A stretch of DNA of 64,000 nt, taken from Podarcis tiliguerta. Its lineage: Eukaryota. The notes under the pieces are model-generated. The model was not told the origin of the DNA. It made no database searches and saw only the letters and a program-made list of their open reading frames with translations. The translations under genes and the position numbers were made by a program. The stretch lies in the NCBI GenBank assembly GCA_965153285.1, contig OZ229115.1, one strand, 5' to 3'. Every line of letters begins with the position of its first letter. Within the stretch, counting starts at the first letter, position 1. Below, one piece after another: positions 39,871-53,831 of this stretch.

Positions 39871-41324
39871 ATGTAGTCAGCTCTAGTAAAAATAATGTCA
39901 TATCTCCCCAGAGTAAAGGGAGGGTGTTTGTTTGAACATATTTCATGTTTACATTGTTGTGTAAATTTTTGGACATTCTTAACCACTTTCACATATTTTT
40001 TTCCAAGTATCTTTCTCTGTGTCAAGCCTTTCCGAAAATGCTTGGGAAGGCTAATGTTTCACCTGAATACACAGCTTGCCAAGGCAAAGAAACCTCACCT
40101 TTAAACCTGCCTGATTCCCTGTTTGTTGAGACTTTCTTTATTTAGCTAGAGAACTCCCCTTAGATTCTAAGGAGTGCAGTAAACTGTGACCCCAGGTTTG
40201 ATGCGAAGAGCAGGTTGTTCAGCTAGCAGGCTGGCTGGCTGGCTCTCTCTGGAGATAAGGTGACACAAGCCAAGCTTCTAGTAAGGATATGTTTCTAGCC
40301 CTGTGTGTGTGGCTCATTTTCTATTAACTGTTGTATTTCTCAGGCATAAATTTCGAAACAAGCCTCTTTTTATTGCGTATAATCTTTACAAGGTTGGACT
40401 CCAAGCTGCAGGATTGAGATAAAGCCCCATAGTATATAAAAGACAGGTTACTACATAAATTGTCCCCTGTGGAGGTTTGCCATATGTACTGTTTCTCGGA
40501 CTATATTTGTGCAGGCGGCTTCGTTTTATAGAACAAAATAGACCCCCTAACCAGCCCAGTGAAAGACTTTCACCATTCCTTTGGCTCGCAATCCATTGCC
40601 AAAGCAGGAGGCTACTTCCCTTGTTTGAGAAAACAGAACAGAATGTATGCACAAATATTATCCACATGTTATATTACTGAAACCATACAAGTTTCATGTC
40701 ACTAGAGGCAAGGAATACTGTAGCCATGATGACCCCTTCTTGCTTGCAAAGTGTCCTAAGGTAGGGTTGGTTTGCATCAGGGGATGGAGTATTCAATTTT
40801 CCCACTGCTGTTCCTGTGTGGGTGTGTATATGCACACACACACACAGCTGCTTTTATCCCAACCAAGGTTCTGAATTCCTGGTAACCTTGAAATCACAGG
40901 TCTGGACCCTCACAAACGAAAAGATGAGGGTTGCAGTTTCAGGGGAAAGTGGCTGGTAAAGGAAGGTTAAGAGTCACTTTTACTCCTTCCCCTTTACTCC
41001 TCCTCCTCCCTCCTTGCACTGCATCCCCTTGCAACAGCACTTTGCAAGGGAGGAGGAGGAGGAGGAACCATTCAGGGGTTTGTTACCCATAGCTGCAACA
41101 TAACATGTAGCTTGTCCCTTACCCTTGTTCAGATGTGCATCCAAAGAGTTAGAAGCATCCTACAGTGTGTGATCTGGTCTCTGTGTAGCTCTGAGAAGAG
41201 TAAATGGCAAGCCACAGTAATCTGTGTAGCTGGCGCCTCCAATCCCATATAGTTTTCTGTTTGTATAATATAACCTGCATGTATAATAACCGAACACTTT
41301 TCCTTAGTGCTCATATCATTTTCA

Positions 41325-41495
41325 TAACTCCTCTCAATAATCCTTACACTCTGTAAAATAGACCACTATCAGTATCCACATACTACAAATTAGGAGGTGA
41401 AACTGAGAGAGACCTGCTTGTTGGGAGCAAATCATAGCTGAGCTCTTTGAACTGCGTACTTCCTCTTTCTTAGACCACACCTTTAACCACTTCCC
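41325..41495 (-). mobile_element. Old CORE/MIR-like SINE fragment
   Basis: gaaactgagagag...tttgaact...accacacctttaaccact follows the same layout as the SINE at 14600. Confidence 0.45.
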
Positions 41496-42282
41496 TACAT
41501 CAACTAATCTTGTGTACATGGGGGAAAAACAGTCAGTGGGAAAAGGAGATAATTCTTTCCATGAATAAAATATAACATGCAGGGGGATGGTCTGAGTAGC
41601 TGTACATAGGCTGAATGTGGCTTGTGGATCTCAGATGGTTGGATTAGCTCTTGCGGCATCCTACCAAAATGTTTTTTTCTCTCTCCTAGCAACCTTTTAA
41701 GTTGAAATGGTTGTCACTTGGACTCTTCTGCATTTTCCGTCAGTTTTCCCCAACCAGCTTCAGTGGATACAAACTCCAGGGTGGATAATTTGGTTTAGTT
41801 ATATTCCTCCCGCACATAAAAAAGTTTGCTCTCTGAGCCACATATCCTTCTATCGCTTAAGAGTTATAAATTGAGCATCAGCTAAGAGTTACCCATCACT
41901 GTGTCATCCAGATTATGTCAGCCCAGTTAGTAATGCAATTTTGAAGGATATTTTTTATGAACAATAAAATTGCTAATTGAATCAACTATTAAAGTAAAAT
42001 GTTGACCCACAAAACCAGAGATTGGTTAGGATGCAATCCTGTACCCACTTATTTACATGGAAGCAAGACCCACTGAATTCAGTGGGAGTTGCTTCTGAGT
42101 AAATAGATGCAACTGTTACTACCTTTCTGTATGAAAAGCTGATCACATTGTGACTTTTTAAAAAATGTTAATCTCATAAGCCTTATACAGAAAGGTGCTA
42201 TGATTAAAAAAACACCAACTTTACACTGTGATAAGGCATGTCTTGCCCTTTTTCTGGAAAAAGAGGTTAGACGTGTAACTGG

Positions 42283-42288
42283 ATAATA

Positions 42289-42337
<49 letters not shown>
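42283..42337. repeat. (AAT)n microsatellite with one interruption
   Basis: Read directly from the sequence. Confidence 0.95.
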
Positions 42338-42680
42338 GGCTACAATTCTATGCACAACTAGCTGGTAAATATTTTAAATAGGAGTTCTTAAAAATAAATA
42401 TTAAGCAAGCACACCAGTTTCTTTGTCACTGACTTCTCCAGTATGATGAAATGCATTGTATTGTTAGTTAAATTATAACAGCTGTTTCTAAATGGGCATC
42501 TATACTTACAAATTGGCATATACAATTTTTAGGCAAACCAGTGCCCTCTTTTGTCCTCTTTTGGGTTGATGGATTTTCTTGTTTGGGGTGGGGATTATTG
42601 TGCAAGTAATCACCCTAACTGTTACCACATTGCTTCTTCTGCAGAGGATAGGAGAATGTGCTATGAGGCTTATACATAAA

Positions 42681-42758
42681 TTATCAAAGTGATCAGGGTT
42701 ACTGGGAGCTTCTCTGACCTTATCAAAGTAATCAGGGTTAGTAGGAGTTTCTCAACCT
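42681..42758. repeat. Tandem duplication, 2 x about 39 bp
   Basis: TTATCAAAGT(G/A)ATCAGGGTTA...GGAG(C/T)TTCTC..ACCT starts at 42681 and at 42720. Confidence 0.85.
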
Positions 42759-45554
42759 CTTCATTTACTTTCTTTTTCTCTGTGGAATACTGGGAACAGC
42801 ATTGTGCCTTCTGATTGCTTGTCCAATATCACATTTGTTATTTTGATGCTGTTGCCCCTCATCAAGTGAGACTAGCAGTTGCTGTCAGACTACTGACAGA
42901 TGGGGCCCATGAAACATGGAACACTTAAGGCCTTTCTTGGCTCCTGTAGGTGATAGCAGAACTTGAGGTTGTGGTGTCAGTTATATTTTGCATATATTGC
43001 TCTTTCCATGGAAGATGTAAACTACTGCACTTCTTACTGTCTTGCCTTTAAGTCCCAGTGTTCTGAAAAGAGCAGGAGGACTTGCTTCCTGCTGTGCCAG
43101 AGATAAGGGATGAAGAGAAGGGCTCTGGGGAGAAAGTGAGCATTCCAATTCTCACTAGGTGTTGGCATATTTACTGATAAAGCAGGCACAATTTCAACAT
43201 GAGATGAGGTGTAGCTGCTTCCATCCAGGGTCTTTCCAGAGCAGACTCAGCTGCAGATGTTCATTTCCTATAATCCATTAGTATAAGAAGTGATTAAGAG
43301 ATAATCCAGCAATTAGTAACAAATTACAGGCCCCAAGATCATTCTTGACTGACGGGCTAGAAAGTTATCTGTTTGTATTAGTGTGCTTCATAAGTGAACC
43401 TTGCTTACTGTAATCTAAAGTACAAACACATGTGGGCAACCATTACAGCTTGCCTGGCCTGGGCTTTGTACTGATGAGTTGTATAGCATTGCTGTGCACC
43501 TCAGATAGCACAGTCTTCTTTTCATATTGCCTACCTCAGTGTTAGTTCCTTTTTTGTGGAATGCTGGTAATTTTGCAAAGTAGCTGCCTCTATGCAATTA
43601 CTTTTCAGTGGGGTAGTAAAACTGTATCTGGGCTGATACATTTCAGACCGCTAGTGGGGTTCACATGATTCAATGCTCTCTTTCCTATAAAAATATCACT
43701 TCCACTTAGAAAACTAAATGTCAAAGGGAAAGATTCTAGCCTAGCCTTCTCTCAGAGAATACTAATTTACTAACGTACAGGAATTATTATTAATATTTTG
43801 GCTCCATATTGGCGAATCTTTATGTAATCCTCCTATCTGTACTCTGAAGCAGTACAGCCCCAGACACAGGTCTGCTCACCTCACTGAGAAATGTAGGTCT
43901 GCACTGGGGAACTGAGTCAAAATTCAAACCCACCCAAATTGCTGAAGTCCCAAAGATTTGAACCTTTTTTAATAGGAAGGTTATATAGCTGGGATTCTAA
44001 TCTCTTCATACAACAGATTAGGTTCAAATAATAGAATCTTATGAACAATCATTTGACTACATATCCAAAGGTGGAACCTTTGCCATCTTCCCATTATCCC
44101 CTGAAACAACTGTGGAACTACAAATGTGGTACAATCCTCCTGTCACACTCAGAAAAGACAAAGTACTTTTTCCATTCACTCCTGGGTGGTGACAAAGGAG
44201 TATGCAGAACTAAAACTATATTTCCACTTTCTGTGGAACTACTGCAACACACTTCATTCTGGTCCTTGAGCAAGTGAGCACATACTCTTCGATTCTATGC
44301 AAAGAGAGGAGTACAGTGCTTCCTTTTCCCCTTCCTCCCCCACATCTATTGTGTATCAGTGCTGAGAATATGCACTGTGGAGTAGTATCTTAGCTTCCAT
44401 GGTACTTCTTGGTGCAGTCTGTTTAAGGAGCAGGTAGGTGGCTGCACATCATGAAAACTAGCTGAAATCCCATCCTCTCTCATCCTTGCAAATGAATTAC
44501 TGATGGAACCAACCATACAGTGTATATCTTTCCCATTAAGGGTTTTAATTGAGAGTGTGTTCTGCTGACAGGCAGTGTGTCCCCCGCTCCACCCTCCCAC
44601 CATGCCTTTTCCCACCCTTAAAATGTGACTCATAAGCAGTTTCTAACCACCAGAACAGTCTCTGCATTCTCTCAGCAAGGGTTCAGTTTCAGGCGATTCA
44701 CCACAGATATTAGCTGCTATAAGGTCATTCCTGCAAAGGAAACGAGGTCTTCCATGCCCTTCAGGGAAACACAACTAACCTCTTACTATCTCTCCTGCAG
44801 GAACAAAAACAGGAATGTACTGGATTGCCCTGCTGATTTGGGGTGATCGTTGCTTTGACTTCTTGCCCTCCTTTCTTTCCCAGTTCAGTGCATCAGGGGT
44901 CCTGACACAGCAACTGGTTCATACTGCACTAATGTTTCTCTGCTGCTTTTAGCTCTGTTTGGAAAGAGGGAGAAAGAGGCTCTTCATGCTTAAAAAATTC
45001 CCATTGTTCACCAGGACTGCTTCCTCTGTGTTGAGGAGTGATGGGGCGTGTGTGCAGATACTGAGCTGTGTGAGAGAGGCAGGTGGGGGTTAAAGTGCCT
45101 CCGCTACCGTCTGTACAGTTGGAACGGAGCTTGGCACTTGACTGAAAATCCTGTGGTGTCTGAAATGTGGTGGGTATGTCCATGAGTGTGTGCACACTTG
45201 TTCTTGCCTGTACTTGGCCAGAAGTGGGGGCAGCCTACCAAAATCAACTTGGCTCTTGGTGTTCCTGGGACATGTGCTCCTATATACTGATGGTCTGGTT
45301 GTGTGCATCTGGATGAGGAAGAGAAGCTGAATCCAGTGTTCTGTGGCAGGAATGTTTGTGTGTGTGCGTGCGTGCACAGTTGCACAGTGGGTAGTCCTGG
45401 CCGGTCTCTACCATCATGTCTTGTTGTTTCAGTGCTGTGCAGACACATGCAGCTTGGCCTGTTTTTACTCTCTGTGTTTTTCCTTGTCTTTTTTTATTCC
45501 CTTCTCATCTTCATCGCACAATGTCATCAAACAAAACAAACTTTCATCTCTCAG

Positions 45555-45566
45555 ATCCGCGAGAAG
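45555..45566 (+). CDS. PTPRF: Mini-exon B (meB), 12-nt microexon encoding DPRE in the Ig2-Ig3 linker
   Basis: ctttcatctctcag|ATCCGCGAGAAG|gttggt, preceded by about 100 nt with no AG. In phase 1 it reads D-P-R-E, matching the xxRE meB pattern (ELRE/DQRE). Confidence 0.9.
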
Positions 45567-45757
45567 GTTGGTCCTTTTCACTTCTTATCCATCTACAGTA
45601 TGCCACCTCTGATGAGACTTTTCCAGTAGGGGATGGAGAGCCAGCCCTGCAAGGGGAGGGTCTGATGGCCCCTGGCTCTCTGCCAGGCACTGCCATAGCA
45701 GGCCTGAATCTGCTTCCTAATTGCTATGTCCTTGCTGACAGCATTGACCACACTGCT

Positions 45758-45858
45758 TGCATGCCTTTTGTCGCTTGATGTTTAAAATGCACAGACCCTT
45801 ATCTGCATGCAGTCCATCCCAAAGATTTCCGTGTTTTGAGATGGGAATGGGGTGCATG
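45758..45858 (+). promoter_or_regulatory. Cluster of three RBFOX motifs (TGCATG) downstream of meB
   Basis: TGCATG at 45758, 45804 and 45853, about 190-290 nt after the meB donor. Confidence 0.65.
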
Positions 45859-48800
45859 TACATAGAGAGTAGGCAGCAGAGTGGGTTTTGCCTTAATCTG
45901 TTACTTTGTTAGACTCCTGTGTGACCTTTCCTTTTTGTTGAGGAATGCAAAGTACTGATTTGAAGTTTCGGTCGGGGTGGACACCCCTCGCTCACAGTGT
46001 AAGCTGCTTGGTATAGAGTAGGAAGAGGAAGGAGCAACTGATAGAGGCACCATAGCTGCCTTTTTAACACATTGAATTCATTCCACATCACACTTGCGTT
46101 TGAGATGCTGTGTTTATGATACATGCAAAGCACCACTGATGTAATTGAAAAAGCAGCGTTTTCTCGTGCTGGATCATTTTTGTTTATAGGATTGTTACCT
46201 GTATACCTGAAACCCAGGGACTTCATTCTTCCCTGGACAAGGACTCACTCAGCAAGGGCAACAACTGTACTAGAGAAAGGAAGGTGTGCCGTTATCTTAC
46301 CTGCCTTTCTCTTATTGACAGTGCTGTGTTGCACCAAGATATTAGACAAAAGGTGATTGGTAGACAGCAAAATTAGCAGGTGGCTTAAGCTACTCCAATA
46401 TTTCCATTGAAGTTCAACTTCTGTTCTAAGTCAGGTATTTTCAAAATGGTGCTGAGTATTGAAATTAAGAGAGGATGTTGCCTGGACTTAGCAGTGCCAT
46501 AACCTGAAGCAATTCCTATTGATATATCAACAACTTTCTCTGACCCAAGGTAGTATTCCTTTGATGAAAGAAACAGAATCCATAACTTTATAGGCCCTAA
46601 AATGACCAAGTAATAGAGAATGGTGGATATTGAGAGTTAGGAAATGTCTATGCATTAGTTCTGAAGGGGGATAATGTTCCTCCTTCAGTCCACATGCTCC
46701 GCTATTGCATCCCTTATGTTCCCACACTTTTTCCTGTGTACCTGTAATGATCACAGGACAGTGACTACCCTATTCTGCATGCCAGGACTTCTGGTTGGAG
46801 TCTGTATTTTAAAAGCACCTAGTTTTCCAAGTTACTCTTCTGTTGTTTGTGCTTCTTGTTTAGCACAATAGCACTAAAGTACATGAACCCTGAGACACTG
46901 CTATTTGGACCATCCCTTAAACCAAGATTCCTCAAGCTGCTACACAGCCATACTAAGTGAACTTCATTAGAATTAGAACTTGTTTAATGAGCTGTCATTG
47001 CAGTTGTCCCAGAGCTGTTGCTTTTGTTTTCATTTTAGTTCTCTGAATATGCTCCCCTTAACAAGGGGAGAAAGGGGAGAAAGTTTTCTTGTTTTCAGAC
47101 ATAAACCAAAGCTTGTTTAGGGCAACATTGCATATGATCCTGGCAGGAATTGAAGCTGAGAGATAGTGAAACGTTCTGAAGCTGCACAGATTCTGTTTGC
47201 CTGGCACTTTCATGTGCAAGGTCAAGTAACCTGAACAAATTAAATCCCTTCTTCCAGTGCAACCACCAGCATATATCAATAGCAAAAGTAGGCTTGATTG
47301 ACAGATATATGCTTAGGGCTGTTTCATGCATTATGCTTACACCTTCACATATTAAAATCATAAGTGTGACTTCCATTTTCTCCAGTGCACAAATGGGTGT
47401 GTTTTATTTTTATTATTAGTTACACTTTACAAACCATACATAAACATCATTAATGTTATTCACAAGTGTTATGTACACACTTCTCTATAATTCAGCGTGA
47501 TATTTCAACTTATATGCTCAAAATTCATTTTAAATCCAACTTTTTGTTCCAGTTTCATTAAAATATATCATATTCTGCATCAATAAATAAAATTTCTAAT
47601 TCCTTTAGGTTTCCATTCCATCCAGTTAAGCTTCCATAAAACTCCTGCTGTTTAAAAATCTATCAGAATACTTCATCTAGCAAACTGCTTTTCAGTTGTC
47701 TTTCTTTCTTTATTGTTTTAAAGCCACAGCCACTCGCCTGTGGAAAACAGGCACTATTTTCACACTATATTCCCAGATGTACATGTTTCCCAACACCCTT
47801 GTGAGAAAAAGGCATATGTGGAACAGCCCTTGACCAGGATGTTGCTTGGTCCCAGCCCACCAGAAATGTCCCAAAGCTCAAACATTTAATGGGGAGAGAT
47901 ATGTTAGATGCTAAATATTCCAGTGGGATGTTCCAAGCCTTATAATTTGTTTGGCACTGATAATTACATCTTAGTTTTTGTCCCCCCCCCCCAGCTTTAC
48001 TTACAACTGTGTACTGTTCACCCATGCATTTAATTATTGCTCTACGATTGCTACCAGGTTATTTATTAAGGAGTTGTTTTATCTTGATATAGCAGCTCTT
48101 CCCCCCCCCCTTAATGCTGTGTTATTTTCAGAAGTGAATGAATGCAAATTCCAGAGCTGCAGAGTCTGCCTCTCCCTTGCTTTGCTATTAGCGTGTCACC
48201 AGGCCGAACCGTGATAGGTCTTTGGCATTGCTCTGCTGTAATGATAGATCCTCTTTTATATGGGGTTGTCAGCGCAAATAATTAGCTCTAAAAGTTATAG
48301 CTGAAATATAATCCAAAAATGGCTAGGCCCTGTTTTGGAAATTGTCTATAAAATGTCAGCACTCAGGGATGTATTGGGAACATAAATAGTGAGGCATTGT
48401 TTGAACAGGAGTTTAGACTCTAAATGCATCTTTTTTTCCCTTCCAGTCTTCTCCCTCCTGCTGATGATTCTGTCAATAGATTGGGAGGCCCTAGGAACTA
48501 CCTTTCCATCAGGAGATATTGTTTAAAACAGTAATGACAAGTATGAGAAGGGGTGGAGGGGTTATTCAGATCTGATAATTTTTCCAGTTTGCCCACCTTC
48601 CAGAAGCAGTTGTGATAAAGCAGAGTAAGATAGAGCCGTGGGCACTGGACAATACAGGAGGAAGGATTGTTCAGTTTCCCAACAGCATTGCTTTTACCCC
48701 AGCGTTCCCACAAAGCCAGAAACAAAACCATACATGTAAGCTGATCCAGTTAGCAAACTTGTGCAGGTGTCAGGAAGATGAGATTTATATTATGGAAGAA

Positions 48801-51800
48801 TTGAGAGAGGAGGCAGTTGTCTTGTGCATGAACAGCTTATTAAAGCAGTTTCGCTACCTGAAGGAGGGGATCAATTTGCATAGTCTCCCGCTCAAAATTA
48901 AGATATCTTGAATAAAATGTTTTGCGAAAGTCAAAATTATATTGCAACGATGGTTACTACCTTGCCTTTGTTTCTGGATGGTTCTGGCATTTTGTCACAA
49001 CTAAGAGTGCTAAAAGCTAAATCAAGACTCACAATGTTGAACTTTAATTAATACTCTAGAATCTGGAAACAACTTTTGACAAAGATTAAAATCCCTAAGC
49101 ACGTCATGGTCCAATGCAATACTTGCAGAAGATGAAGTGGGGTTTGTGTATGAGATTTTAAAGTCAGACTATGAAAAGAGTTGAAGCTTTGCGAGTGACA
49201 AAAGCAAATTGCTTATTAAGGAATTTTTAAAAATAACACACCATTGATCCTACTGTCCAAAAGTGCTAACAACAACAACAACAGGAATTCATCTTTTACT
49301 GTAAATTAATTTTGGCTGGCTGGTGCCTTTCACTTTTACTGTGACTCTAGCACTCCTTCTGTTATTATTTTGCAGTGGCCTTCTCTTAGCTCTGCTGCAG
49401 TAATCAATTAATAGTTGTTAAAACTGCCCAGCTTTTAGCAATTGCTTAGTGCCTGGAGTTTCCCAGGATGGAAGTAGAAAAGTGATGGGAGGAGGACTTT
49501 TAGTGAGATTACCTCAGTGTTTTTATGAAATCCGAGAAGCAGCTGCTCTAATCTGAGCTAAGCAGGTTGATTGATCCATGCACATTTATTCTGTATGCAA
49601 GGAAGGCGCTAATGCATGCTAAATTATTAACACTTCTCCACCTCCCTTTGTGGTATTGCCTGCATCTCCCCTCCCCACCTTCCAGAATGTGGAGCTGGTC
49701 TCTACTGGTGTCTTCTTATCACCTCCACTGCTGTGAGATGGCTCAGAATATGTCACTTACTTTCCACCTTGACTGCCAAATGATTGCCCTGCATGCTCCA
49801 TTCCGTAGGGAAGCCTGGGGGATTTTCCTCTTTTGTGAGTCATCTAGGATGCCATGCTCTGGGATGAATAACAGTGAATTTCATGTTCGATAGTCTGCTG
49901 AAATAAACCTTGAACACCATTACCCATAGACCTTTACAATAGTTTTCCCCATGTGGTTTCTTCCAAAATCACCAAGTTGCACACTTCTGCTTTATCTAAA
50001 AGGAGTTTACAGGAAACAAAACAAAAAAACTCTTGACAAATTCTACTGAGAAAAGAAGTCATGATAGTGTGAATGATACTGGAATTATTTGGAAGGCATC
50101 CACTCTCGTTTGGTCCTTGTGATTTGCTTTGTAAATTGGAAGAGGATTTCTGCAGATTCCTGCAATTGGTGGGAATGGATCTGCCTTAATTATTGATTGT
50201 CATGCCAGAGGCAGGAGAAGGATTGGAGCCTAGTGGAAGCTAGAACCATATGCATGCTTGGGAATGCTGTGTAAGCAACCTTCACTAGTTCTGCTCTGCC
50301 AGAATGTTCTAATGCTGATTGACAGCTGTGCTTCACATCCCACTGGACTCTGCCCACAAAGAAGCTGCCAATTACCCAGGAATGCTATACTGCTGCTAGG
50401 TTGGTATCCACCTCCTTTCTAACCTTCCCAGGCATTCTTTCTAGATTATAATCCAGCCTGGATTGACAGTAGCATCTCTAAATCCATCTGTTCCTGTTTT
50501 ATTGACATTTTAAGATCTCAGTGTGTAGTTTAATAGCCAAGGAAAGACTAGATAGAAGGGAGGTTGCCTCCCACTCGCTAGTAAGGCACACAACTGAGCC
50601 TCCATTGATCACCTTGCCTCTGTTCTTCCCCTCTACATAATGAGAACTACAGTTTGATTTGCAGCACATTTGAAGAGTATTTGCAACCAGACTGGAAGAG
50701 AGAAATCACCAAAGTGATGCTACAGAGGCAGGCACAGCATAAGGGCAACAAACACTGGATACTGTCGGAGTCTTCACAGCCTTAGTGTGGGAGCTGTTCC
50801 TGCCACCACCCATTCTGACCAACAGAAACAATCTATTCTGCTTGCACAGTGCAGTACTTAGGCAACGTATTGTGGCTGGAGGACAATTTGTTGAGGCTAG
50901 GTCATTAATAGGGCAACCTAGGGCAGGAAGAAGGCAAGCATTTTTTTGGAAATGAAACAGTGGAAACTGAGTGAAGAACTAAGGCAGCAGCCTCACTTTT
51001 GCACCTTTGTGCCCTGTAACCAATCTCGAACTGTTGCTGCATCAACGTACCAATAGGAAAGAAAAGGTTCATCAGCTTAGTGTCTGTGTTGGCCTTAGGG
51101 AGATGCATATCTCTGCTCAGTCATAAGAGTGACATTTGGCTGAGTCGTCTTGTGGAATCAGAAGTGCTCTGATTTCCGATCCTCTTTTTGAGTAACCTAC
51201 CCCTGGGGAAGGGGCTTGCCTACAGCCTTTCTTTAAATCGGCTTGGTTTTGTGTGGGGATTGGAGGGGGGGAAGAGATTTTCATTGCCATTCATCCTGTG
51301 GCTAGGCTAGAAGAGACCCCTCTCTGATACATTGTCGAGTAACCTTTTCTCTTCCCCTGCCGCTAGAATAGTAAACAGCAGCTTTCAAAAAGGGCAAGAG
51401 GTTTTCTCGATAGCTCTTTGCTGAATGAACTAAAGCGCTTATCGGCAGATTCACAAGCCGTGTTCTTTCTTCCCAAGCATGGTCTTGACAGGTCTTTTTA
51501 CGGCCACAAAGGAGACAGCTGGGGACTGATGTTCTGAGAGATATGTCAGGGAATGCTGTTCTGGTGGAGATTCACTCTAATTCTAACCACTGCTCATGCA
51601 TGCATCTGAAGGTGGCTTAGGTAATCGGAGGTAGTTGTAGGAGCTATCTTGCTTGGTTCTCACTGGAGTGGATGGCAGAGGTGGTTTCTGCATGCTACTG
51701 AATTCTTTCACCCCTTCTGCATGAATTCCTTCCAATCTCATTCCTGTTCCTCGTGCTTGCCTATCTGTGCATTTCAACCTTCCCACCCTTGTTTTTTGTC

Positions 51801-53831
51801 AAGATTTTATGTAGCAGCTTCTTTCCCATACCTGGCCTTTTTCCTGTCTGGCGCATGTCAAGTCAGTCAATTATTGCCGTGCACGAGCCTGTTGTGTTAC
51901 TACTCAAGCTTGCTTTTCTTTGAGACCAGTTTGGTTGGTGAGCGGGTGGGAAGTTGGTTGGTCCCTGGAATAAAACACAACAAATGAACAAACCTCTTCA
52001 TGTACTGGCTCAATACCATGTTCATTGTGGGGGGGAGAACGAGTCCTGCCTCTTGCCGATCAGAACCAGGCTGCGTTGGACAACCACCCCATCATGTTGA
52101 TCCATTGCCATGTCCATTCAATACCAGGGTATTCTCATAACTCTGTTAGAGCTCTGATTTGCTTTAATTTCTGTCTTGTTTGGGGGTGCACTCCCCTGTC
52201 AGGCAGGGAGCAAGCCTTTCACTGGTGACCATGCACACAATTATTGATCTGAGATTGAACAATTTATTAAAAGGAACAACCCACTAGATTGTAGATATAG
52301 ACATTTGATAACATGCACATTATCATTATGGGAGGGCCCCTTTAAAAAAGCTGGCGAGGAGCTGATGAGCTCTGCTTTATCACTGAGGCAGTGTGTATTA
52401 TACCCACACTGTTGACAGCATTGTCTAATTTATCCCCAAACCCCCACTCTGTTGTACATTCTAATGTGGGGGCTTCTGTGTTCAGTCTATTTCTGTGAGT
52501 CTGCTGGTTTGGGAATGAATCATCAAAGAGAGCTCAAGCGAAATTTGATTAGGGGAAGTGTCAGGCTGAGCCGAGTCTTGTCAGCCTGTCTGTCAGCAGC
52601 TGCCCCTTTTCTAACGAGATTTTGTGGTGCTGGAGATGACGCAGGAGGAGGCCCAGCATGAGGCAGTCCCAGTGGGCTTTAGCCCCTGAGCAGGTCTCTC
52701 CCATCTTGCTAACAAATAGTCCACCCCACTGCTTTTCAGCTAACCCTATCCCTCTGCATTGCAGCTCTTCACTACTCTGCCAGCCCTGACTCTGTGGACT
52801 GGAGAGGCTGTGATATTAAATGTGTAGTGACATCTCCGATCCAGAAAAGCAGGCTTCCCAGAAGAGACACATTGCACCCTCCCTCCCACACTTTTAATTT
52901 TTAATTTTATTGTATGTATTTGAAATGAGTTTGTCCAGAGGAGACAAAGATTTACTATGTTCAGTTGTGTTCCTCTATCCCTCCTTAAATTGGCCCATAA
53001 CACTGGCCTTAAAGAAGGGTCCTCATTTCTCAGTGTCATTTCCCTGACTGATGTGTGTACAGCAAACAGCTGGGGCACTTTAGCCGATCTAATAGTTTGA
53101 CTACAAAATAACCCAAGTGAGACTTTTATATGAATAGATGCTGTGTGATGAAATAAGGAGTGTTCTTTCTCCTGGAACACATTCCCAATGGGAGAGAGGA
53201 TCCTGTCACCCAGGCCCTCTGCTGTCAGCTTGGACCTGATCTCCTGTCTATTAGGATGAAGCTCCTACCCAACAAGGTGTTCTGATCCAGCTGTGAGGTG
53301 CCCCAGGCTCACTGCTGAATCCTGCACAGGAACACTGTTTTAGCTAGCAGTAAATGCATGCAGTAATTTAAAAATAAAACCCTGTAGCTGCCCCTGCAAG
53401 ATAGGTTTGTCCTGCAGGTTGCTTTGCTGTGAAACCAACCAGTAGTAGCTTATTCCACCTTGAGAGGTTCTGCACACCCTATGGACAGGGAGTGAGCATA
53501 TTTTCTAATTAGTGGGTACATTTGGAACAAGGAGACATTTTAGTGTCTGTAATGTAACTTAGTTGGGAGAACAATTATGGTGGCAGTCCTATAGTTGAGC
53601 TTCTGCCGAAAATACCAGTGGCTCAAAGGGAGAATCTTGGGTATGAAATTTGGCAGAGCAGTGAACAGCTCTTGTTCAGAATTCTTTTTTTCTTTTCTTC
53701 TTTTCTGGATTGATTTGCTACTACTTAGGAGAAATGTTGATCCTTCCCCCACCCCCACCCCTTAGGTATGGAGCAAGTGAATATCAATGGTCTAGGCTGT
53801 GACCCTACTAGTTGTTTATTCCTTGTTTCAG

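Noticed and set aside
44850-44900. Strong-looking acceptor tttctttcccag at 44883
   Set aside because: No credible donor nearby and no LAR-like peptide. meB is better explained at 45555.
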